From: Eledone cirrhosa
Taxonomy: Eukaryota
Direction of reading: 5' to 3'
DNA length: 64,000 nt
NCBI GenBank assembly: GCA_964016885.1
Contig: OZ024754.1
Coordinates: forward strand, 23,498,001-23,562,000
Below are positions 54,725 through 64,000 of this stretch, piece by piece. The notes beneath the pieces are model-generated. The model made no database searches. It worked only from the letters and a program-made list of their open reading frames with translations, and was not told the DNA's origin. Numbering within the stretch: the stretch's first letter is position 1; every line of letters starts with the position of its first letter. A program made the position numbers and the translations under genes.

Positions 54725-56130
54725 ATAATAATAATAATATTATTTATAGTTATGGATACACCATATACAACTATAAACAGGAAGATCAGTAATTCATTAC
54801 TACCTCATTACCAGTAAGAAAAATAGCTCAATTTACAAATACATGAGATGTTTTACAGAGCCGGAATATAAATTACACAATGATCAAAGCTATGTTCAAA
54901 TCATTTTATTGGTGACAATCATTTCTTCCTAACTTTCGTTTGGAATCATCGGAGCATTAGCAATGTTTGTACATATAATTAACCTCCTATTCAACTGAAC
55001 AATCATATAGATACATGGATATTAATGTTGTCAACAACAGTTTCGTATTTACAGAGTGGAATGGATGCAACATAGATTTCAAGAGAATTGTGCAATAATT
55101 AAAGATAAAAAGGCACAGGGTGGAATGCATGCGACATAAATTACAAGGGAATAGTATAATAATTAAAGAGGCATTAAGGTAGAAAGTTACTCGTAAAACG
55201 AGGACACTGGCAGTACATATGCAAGCGTATATTATTTATATATATAATTTAAATATATAAATATATATATTTATATATATATATATATATAAATATATAT
55301 ATATGTGTCTGATGGTAGCTAGGATGCTTACATAGGCGGTATGCCGGTTGAGCACTCTATGCTCTTACAGAGCAGAGTATGATATAATAGAAAACGAAAA
55401 ATCAGTGATGCATCTGAACTCAATTTATTGTGTGTTACAACTGTTTCGCCGGTGGATAGCTCGAGACGCGATCATTGTGTGGATCTGTCTGATTCTGGAC
55501 CCGCAGGTTCGACGGTCACGTCTAATGATTTCGGTGCATATTCTCTCACTGTGAGAGAATATGCTCCGAAATCATTTATATATATACAGTCACACTACAT
55601 CCACCATAAAACCATAGTTTTAATACAAAAACAGCTTTGCCTGATATGCTTATTTCATGTAATACCTTTGCCTTGCAAAACATTATATATGCCTAATACC
55701 ATTGCTTGTTTCTTCCCTATATATGACTAATGCATTTGCACTCTCTTAACGCTTGCATATGTACTGCTAGTGTCCTCGTTTTACGAGTAACTTTCTACCT
55801 TAATGCCTCTTCAATTGTTATACTATTCCCTTATAATCTCTGTCGCTTGCATTCCAATCTGTACCTTTATAACTTTTAATTTTTAATTTGTAATTTTAAT
55901 TATTGTACAATTTTCTTGTAATCTATGTCGCATCCATTTCCCCTTGTAAATACGAAACTGTTGATAACATTAATATCTATGTATCTGTATGATTTTTCAG
56001 TTGAATAGGAGGTTAATTATATGTACAAACATTGCTACTGCTCCGATGAATCCAAGCGATAATTTGGAAGAAACGATTGTTAGCAATAAAATAATTTGAA
56101 CATAGCTTTGATTATTGTGTAATTTTTAAT
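54725..56130. repeat. Diverged family A-like pseudo-LTRs in inverted orientation
   Basis: ~54870-55230 pairs with ~55750-56125. HHR copies at 54911-54955 (-) and 56040-56084 (+). Confidence 0.8.
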
Positions 56131-56206
56131 TTATATATTTAAATGTATATATATATAAATATATATATATTTATATATATATATATATATATAAATATAT
56201 ATATTT

Positions 56207-56279
<73 letters not shown>

Positions 56280-56288
56280 TATATATTT

Positions 56289-56363
<75 letters not shown>

Positions 56364-56368
<5 letters not shown>

Positions 56369-59300
56369 AAAAATTGAACAGGGACAGAACAGAGAGGCAG
56401 TACGACAAATGTTTATTAGCTTCACGCTCAGGAGAGTGGGGGGTAGGTGGAGGACGACGTTTCGGGCATAAGCCCTTCTTCGGGTAAGAGTTCAAAAGGT
56501 GTGTAGGGGAGTGGTGGAGAGACATATAGCGAAAGGAAACGGTGCGAATGAAAAATTAACAAATAAAGACAAAATTATAATAAATAATAAATAAAAATAA
56601 AGCATGATCAAAATACAAGGAATGAGAACATTTAAAAATAAAGGCATGATCAAAATAAACTGAAATTAAAAGGGGGGTAAACAGGTGGTGGAAGGGTGTG
56701 GGGTGAGTAGAGGTGGAGGCGGGTGGAGTGGGGAGAGGGAGACGGGGTGTCCGAGCGGGGAGGGCTGAAGGTGGTGTGTGTGGTTAGGTGTGCGTGTGTG
56801 TGTGTGTGTGTGTATGTGAAAGTGAGGGTTGGGGGAAGAACGGGGTTGCATGTTCAGGAAGGTGTGTGTGGGGGGTGTTTTTGTGTGTCGGAGGGTCTGT
56901 GCGTGTGTGGATAGGGGGTGGGGGGAGAGGAATCAGGGGGCTGAGGGTGTAAATATGTGGTGGGAAGCACGTGTGTGTGGTTTAAGCGTGTTGTGGGTGT
57001 GGGTGGCGTGTGGATAAAAAAATTTGTTTTGGGATGTGTGTGTGGGTGAGTTATATAGGTGATGGTGTTAGAGGATGGTTGAAAAGTGGTAAGTTACACG
57101 GATGTATGGAGATTTTGGTTGGAAGTCAAAACGCGTGTGGGTAATCCAAGAAGCGGTGGTCGGAAGAGGAGAGATGTGGGGTGCGCGCGCAACAGGAAGT
57201 GGTCAGCAGTGGAAGTGCTGTGGTCAGTGGGTGCTGAGACAGTGGTCGGAAGGGCATAGCCGCAGTCAGCGGAATGGTAGGGAGGCGAGGATGGGTAGGT
57301 GTGAGAGTTGGAGTGAGGAGGGTGTGTGTGTGTGTGTGTGTATGTGTGTGTGTGTGTGTATTAGTAGGGGTGTTAGTGGGATGAGTGAGTGTGGAGTGGG
57401 GAGAGAAGGGTGTGTGTGGTTCTATGGAGGGAGTGTGGTGTACTGGTGTGTGTGTAGTTTGGTGAGGAGGTATTAGTGGGTGTTAGTAGACGGGAGGTGG
57501 GGAGGGGTGGAATGCAGGTGTGAGTGGGGGTTAGTGGGGGTAGGGTGTGTAGAGTTGGTGGTGTACGAGTGTGTGTGGGTACATGTGCGTGGGGTTGGAG
57601 GGTGTTAGTGATGTTAGTTGCGTGTGGGGTGGGTGGTGTAAGTGTGTGCGTGTGATAAGGAGGGGGGAGGAGGAGAAGAGGGGAGGGAAGGGATGTTAGT
57701 ATGTTAGTTGGGAAAGGGTGGTTAGATGAGGGGTGGAGTGGGGGTGTTAGTATTGTTAGTGTGGGGTGGGCGGTGAAAAGGAGGGGTGTATTAGTGGTGT
57801 TAGTGGGGGATAAGTGGGGGAGGGGGGCGGTCGAACGCTAAAGGAATAAGGGTGGGGAGTTCAGGCCGGGTGGAGTGTGGGTCTGTAAGATGAAGATAGT
57901 ACGTTGTTCGACCGTGAGGCGATGGGCGGGTGTTCCGTGGCACTGGAGTAGGCCACAGACTGTGAGATGGTGTGCGGAGTGTCCAGGGCCACCAAAGTGG
58001 CGGGCGATGGGGGAACTGCCCCCGAGACGAATGTCCCGCAGGTGCTCCGTGACTCGGTCCGCCAGGCGGCGTCCCGTCTGTCCGACATAAGTCGCGCTGC
58101 ACCTCGTGCAACGAAGTCCGTAGACTAGGTTGGAGGAGGTGCAGCGGAAGGCATGCCGGACCGAGAGAGGGTGGCCGTTGGGACCCTGGAAGGTGGTGGT
58201 GTTGGTGATGTGGGGACAGGTGTTGCAGCGGGGCCTAGAACAGGGGAAGGAACCGGGGGGGGGGGAAACGGACCGTGGGTTGGGGTGTAGGGAGCTGTGG
58301 ACGAGGAGGGTGCGGAGATTGCGTGCGCGTATGAAGGAGGGGAGTGGTGGGGTTGGGAAGATGTGGGAGGTGGAGGGGTCGGACTGGAGGTGTCGGAAGA
58401 GGCGGCGGATGGTGCGGTGGAGGGGTAAGGTGGAGGGGTGGTAGGTGATGGGGAAGGGGAGACGGTGGGTGGGTGTGCGGTGGCGTGGGGTGAGGGTGGT
58501 AGAGCGGGGGATAGCACGGGCGCGGGTGAGAGCGGTGTGGACGAGAGAGGGGGGGTAACCTCTGCGGATGAAATGGCTGACTAGGGAAAGGGCTTGGGAC
58601 TCGAAGTCAGCATCTCGGCTACAGAGGCGGCGGATCCTGAGAAGTTGGGAGTAGGGAATGGAGAGTTTAGTGTGGGTGGGGTGGGAAGAGGTGAAGTCGA
58701 GGTAAGAGTGGGAGTCGGTGGGTTTGAAGAAGGCGGAGGTGACGAGGGAGTGGTGGGAGGGGTCGAAGGCGACGGAGATGTCCAAGAAGTGGACGTGGGT
58801 GGTGGAGATAGAGGCGGTGAAGTGGAGGGAGGGGTGGAAGGAGCAGAAGAAGGAGAGAAAGGAGTCGAGCTGTACTCGGGTGAGGGTCGTGGCTCCGATA
58901 CAGTCGTCAATGTAACGACCGTACAGTTCGGGCGTGGGGCCGGTGTACTGGGCAAAGATTTGGGCCTCAACATGGCCAACAAAAAGGTTGGCATAGTTCG
59001 GGCCCATTCTTGTGCCCATGGCTACCCCCGTGACCTGTTGGTAAAACTCACCCGAGAAGGAGAAACAATTTAGGGTGAGGACCAGCTCGGCGAGGCGAAG
59101 GAGGGTGGGGGTGGAGGGAATGGGGGAGGGGCGAAGGTCGAGGTAGTGTTTGAGGGCGCGAAGGCCGTCGGCGTGGGGGATGACGGTATAGAGGGACTTG
59201 ATGTCTAGGGTGAAGAGGAATGGCTGAGGGCCGGGTAGGTAGGTGAAGGAGTCGAAAAGGCGCAGGGCGTGGTTGGTGTCAGAGATGTGGGAGGGGAGGG

Positions 59301-59377
59301 TGGTGACAAGGGGGGCGAGGAGGGAGTCGAGAAAGGCGGAGATGAGTTCGGTGGGGCAGTTGCAAGCGGAGACGATG

Positions 59378-59380
<3 letters not shown>
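56364..59380 (-). mobile_element. GC-rich, strongly strand-biased Neptune-like PLE, 5'-truncated, between (TA)n tracts
   Basis: Open RT + GIY-YIG frame, C/A-rich 1.4-kb 3' region. Partial HHR core CCGAAGA-a-GGGC ttat GCCC-GAAAC at 56453-56483. Confidence 0.92.
57838..59379 (-). CDS. PLE reverse transcriptase + GIY-YIG endonuclease (N-terminally truncated, uninterrupted frame)
   Basis: PIVS..CPTE, LDIKSLYT, GVAMGTRMGPNYANLF, RYIDD, CSRPRCNTC, LVY..C..C..YVGQT..R..EH, GLN. The frame stays open upstream of the annotated Met to the TA tract. Confidence 0.88.
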
Positions 59381-59433
<53 letters not shown>

Positions 59434-59861
59434 TATTCTTGGGGAGGGTCATATTGTTGTAATAATATTGCCAGAATTAATAACAGAACACACTCACTGT
59501 TTGGTTGGTTTTCGCTTCTGTATCTTTTATATCAGTTAATGTTTTCAGTCCTCAATGTTTACCATTGACTGACCAACGGTCAAAAATACGGATATAATAT
59601 AGACACAAACACATATATAGAGTCTAAAAAAGTTCTTTCGTTGCACATCTGCAACATCGTCAGTGGTGCTATTATGTTTCCTTCTGTTGTATTGTATGTC
59701 TACGCCATCTTCATTTAATCTGTTTATTTATTTATTTATTTATTATATATATTTATATATATTTATATATATTTATATATATATATATAAATATATATAC
59801 ATACGGATTGGACACTACCGTAAACTCTTGGTAGATTTATCTACATATATAAATATATATA

Positions 59862-59934
<73 letters not shown>

Positions 59935-60347
59935 TTAGTCTACGACTTCAGTTATACCATTTACGTGGTTTTGTCTTTGCGTGTAATTGTTCTCACCGTT
60001 CCACATAATGACGCTTTATCTTCGAATTTTCCGTTCATTGCCGGAGAACGTCTCCACAAACCACCAAATAGAATATTAGTCTACGACTTCATTCATACCA
60101 TAAACGTGGTTTTGTCTTTGCGTGTAATTGTTTTCACCGTTCCAATTAATAAAGTATTATCTCCGTTTTTATCCGTTCTTTGCCAAGGAACGTTTCCACG
60201 AACGAAAGTATTGTCTTCCTGTCTTCCTTCGGTTAAAATGTTTTTTGAAATATTTACTTCTGCGTTCACAGAGTGATATTTTTAGTTTCAGAAGATCCCG
60301 TTAAGGGTGAAAGCAGCGATTCTTTGCTTAAATTTTAATCTGTTATT

Positions 60348-60901
60348 TTGAAGCATTTCCCCGCATCACATAAATATAGTAAAATTTTTAATAGAAATAC
60401 CATTAAAATTTCTTACTCTACGACATCTAAATTTACACATAACATCACAGCTTCAAATCTAGCTAAACTAGCTAGCCGTAGGAACACGTGCAACCTTGTA
60501 GCTAGTAGTAACTGTAATTGTAGGAATCGGGTTGACTGCCCCTATCCAGGAAATGCCTCTCTAGTAACAATGTCTACACATGTAAGGTTGAAACACCCAC
60601 GTCCCGTAGGGCCTACATTGGTTTAATCGCCAATTGATTCAAGCAGCGTCTTTACATGCATACCCATTCTTTTCTTAACCCTTTAAGAAAGAATATGACG
60701 TCACTTTCAGCTTATATCTGGAGTCTAAAACACAGCCACGGAAGTAAAAGACCATGTGACCTCTGCGCCGCTGAGGCCCTGGAAATACTCTACGCCAAAG
60801 ACCACATCTTAAACAAAAAATCTGAGGCAATTCCGGCTTGTAAACATAAATTGCACAACATTTTCCTGTATTACAGCCCCACATTATACCCTAACGGATA
60901 G
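60348..60901 (+). pseudogene. Degenerate Naiad-like GIY-YIG fragment
   Basis: KHFP..HKYSKIFNRNTIKISYS, CNCRNRVDCP, AYIG, CDLC..E, LNKKSE..CKH, with frameshifts and a deletion. Confidence 0.85.
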
Positions 60902-61646
60902 TACGAACTATACGCAGATATTTTACGTCTTGATGCGGTAGCTAAGTATAGGTATGTTTATACCATTACGTACTTGTATAGGTAAGTATATATTACCTGT
61001 ATGTTTTGTGAAGGTACGTATACTTTCTCGTACGTATATTTGCTTGTATATGTTATGGCGTATATATTATATTTCTGGTACATGTGCATTTGGTTATGTG
61101 TATACGCGAGTTTTGCGTCTGTGTGAATATGCGGGTTCGTACGTATGTAGGGTGTGTGTATATGTGTATTTTGTATTTTGGTCGACGTACGTCTGCGAAC
61201 ATATGTGTATTTACATGTAGGTATGTGTGTGCTCGCGTTATATACGTATTTATTTATTCATATACGTTTATTTAATTATATGTATACACGCACACACACA
61301 CATATATATATTTTTTTAAATATATATTTTTATGTGTATTTGGTGTATACATTCGTATGCGTGCGGGTATGGCGTTGCGTGGGTTCTGTATGTGCGTGCG
61401 GGTTTTTTTGTGTACGTGCTTGTATTTGTATACCTATGGCGGGTGTTTTCGCGTATGCTTGTGTATGTACGTATATGGATGCGTGTATGTATTTATTTAA
61501 TTTCAATTACCTCTGTATTTTATTTACTTTATTCTTAACTCTGAAGCCAAAAATCATTCGGTTTCCTAGTTAGAATGTTAGTCTACAACTTTTCTATATA
61601 GTATTTAATATGTACAATTTATTTTTAAAATATCTGTATACAACAA

Positions 61647-62334
61647 CTACAACGGTACGCGATGGGCCCCACCCACAGCCACGGCAGACAGAATTGAGAT
61701 GGCGTTTCCCCGGAAGACGGCAAGGTAGACGCGCTGGATAAGCCACACCAACTCGCGGGGCTCATACATGCGGCTGGCCAGAAGTCTCCACTGCCAGAGG
61801 TACGACCGCAAACCTGTCGGAGAGCGACCGGTATTTGAGGAGTTTGGCCCCCTCAGCCCGACGTGCAGCAGAACCTGAGTCAGTCGCAGACTGCACCAGG
61901 TTGCGGCTGCAGAAAGTGTCGGTGCAAGTGGCATCCCAAACGAGGGATTTGCCACCGCGGAACGGGAAGATGATCATGCCATCTGGCCTTTTGCCGTCCC
62001 CTCGATCCAGCCCCAAACTCGAGCTGGGAAGGGAAACCTGCAGCTTCCAAGCCATGCTTAATGCCCTCGTTGAGGGCAGCATGGCGTGGAATGCGGCCGG
62101 CACTGTGGCGACAGAAAAGTGGGTGGAGGCCGAAAGATTCCACGGTGGAGCCGCAGCGACATTGGTGTGGCTGGCAGATCCGGAGGCTGAGCCTCAGGGA
62201 AACGCCAATTCACAGGCTATGGTTGTCTAACTGCGTGCCAGTGGAGAAGGAATGCAGGGCATGGAGCCAGGCACCACTGTGGGGTTTGCAGGTCGCACGA
62301 AAACAAGCAAGGCGGTGCTGGTCGAGCTTGCGCG
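61647..62334 (-). mobile_element. CRE-type non-LTR retrotransposon 3' fragment (zinc knuckle + restriction-like endonuclease)
   Basis: SGAWL, C-x-C..H...C, RHAALN, DGKRPDG..P..GK.LVWDATC, K..KY, PLAVETSG, QR...V.RGNA, across frameshifts. Confidence 0.85.
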
Positions 62335-63233
62335 TACCATTTACGTGGTTTTGTTTTTGCGTGCAATTGTTCTCACCTCTCCATATAATGACGTATTATC
62401 TTCGTTTTTTTCCGTTCATTTCCAGAGAACGTCTCCATGAACCACCTAATAGAATATTAGACTATGACTTCATTTATACCATAAACGCGGTTTTGTCTTT
62501 GCGTGTAATTGATTTCACCGCTCCAAATAATGACGTATTATCTTCGTTTTTTGCCGTTCTTTGCCGGGGAACGTTTTCACGAACCAAAGTATCGTCTTCC
62601 TGTATTCCTCCAGTTGCAACGTTTTTTGAAATATATACTTCTGCGTTCACAGATTGACTTTTTTAGGTTCAGAAGATCCCGTTAAGGGTAGCGATTCTTT
62701 GCTTAAACTTTAATCTGTTATTTTAATAAATATATATATATACAAGCTCGACCAGCACCGCCTTGCTTGTTTTCGTGCGGCCTCCAAACCTCACTCCCAC
62801 AATTGAAAGAACTACTTCGGCCGCTGACCTCTGTCTGACCACCCCATTTCACGCGCACGCGCGCTCTGGTGAATACGTCAGATATTCAAAACAACGAACA
62901 GCGGAGGACACGTTTCGCACCTTTCCGACAGACCCCCCCCCCCCAGGAAAAAAAACCCAGTTGATGGATGTGAATCCGAAATATATAGGGATATTTAAAT
63001 CTATCCCAAGGTACTCTTTCTCGTGTTGTTATTTTTATTTTTATCCTTTACGCTCTTTGCTTCATTCCTCTACAGGTTACACGCCACACATCTCAACGTA
63101 CACCCACTTACATCTCTCTCTCCACCACCGGATCTTGTTACCCGGAGATTTACCCAACTGCATTGTCGAGGCTTCCAAACGACTTAAAGAAATTTACCTT
63201 ATTATTCCACAATGCTTCAAGCAAACTTCAATA

Positions 63234-63299
<66 letters not shown>

Positions 63300-64000
63300 T
63301 AAATAAAAGAAGAAAAATTATAATAATTAACTTACTTACTTAAGTAAGTAAGTTAATTATTATAATTTTCTTATTTTACGTCTTTCATATAATTGTTCTA
63401 CAAAGTTACTAAGACAAAACCTATATCTTGCTAGCGTAAGTATTCTTCTGTATAAATATGTTGGTAGATATACTAATTCTTTATATATATATAGTAATAA
63501 TAATAAAGTTGAAGACTAAAATCCAAAGAGGGCTCGATAAGGATAAATATATATCAAATATATAAGAACCGTAGGCCAAATATTTATTAATTTCAATTCA
63601 ATTACCTCTGTATTTAACTTACTTTATTCTTAACTCTGAAGCCGACAATCATTCAGTTTCCTAGTTAGAATTTTAGTCTACAACTTCGGTTATACCATTT
63701 ACGTGGTTTTGTCTTTGCGTGCAATTGTTCACAGCGCTCCACATAATGACGTATTATCTTCGTTTTTTCGGTTCATTGCCAGAGAACGTCTCAATGAACC
63801 ACCTAATAAAATATTATCGAGCCCTCTTTGGATTTTAGTCTTCAAATTTATTATTATTACTATTTGGCTCCCTAGGTTGAGCACTCTATTGACTTATATT
63901 CATCATGCAGAAACAACATCTGAATATTTCTACAAAGAACATACCAGTACGAAGCAGGAAAACATACCTAAAACTCATGATACAGAAAACAGACGCGTTC

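Noticed and set aside
56453-56483. Complete hammerhead ribozyme
   Set aside because: Core and stem II are present, but I could not find paired stems I and III, so it is kept only as a partial motif.
57400-57810. Telomeric repeat array
   Set aside because: Only scattered TTAG and GGG words occur, with no tandem TTAGGG. It is the skewed 3' region of the PLE.
58125-59073. Overlapping Pro/Ser- and Gly/Val-rich ORFs in alternative frames
   Set aside because: By-products of the C-rich/G-rich skew of the PLE coding sequence.
60620-60660. Selenocysteine recoding as reported for some Naiad PLEs
   Set aside because: The in-frame TGA here aligns with a non-Cys position. The stop in the 43967 ORF is TAA, and conserved Cys positions in the Naiad-like copies are normal Cys codons.
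62795-63240. Host exon or promoter (ORF 62763-63302, CpG-rich patch)
   Set aside because: No recognisable domain or splice pattern. The ORF starts in a CRE remnant and ends in a microsatellite.

Overview
Eukaryotic, AT-rich repeat nest with many long (TA)n tracts and no recognisable host protein-coding gene. The tRNA-derived SINE resembles octopod cephalopod SINEs (inference from recall, not a search). The window is dominated by fragments of at least five or six Penelope-like element (PLE) lineages (RT + C-terminal GIY-YIG; Naiad-like and Neptune-like), most bounded by (TA)n and many with inverted or tandem pseudo-LTRs. It also holds a CR1/L2-type LINE, a CRE-type RLE retroelement fragment, RTE-like non-coding repeats and four SINE copies. 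The most notable signal is hammerhead ribozyme (HHR) motifs. A 9.1-kb satellite of 320/321-bp units (1111-10238) carries in each of 28 units a complete type I HHR with a compensated U3:A8 core (UUGAUAA instead of CUGAUGA), a palindromic stem III and a long extended stem I, i.e. a candidate retrozyme-like array. About 30 further dispersed HHR motifs of roughly ten sequence families lie in PLE pseudo-LTRs. A local duplication gives filled/empty-site evidence that palindromic HHR-bearing units insert into (TA)n tracts. All structures were read by eye and no activity is demonstrated.
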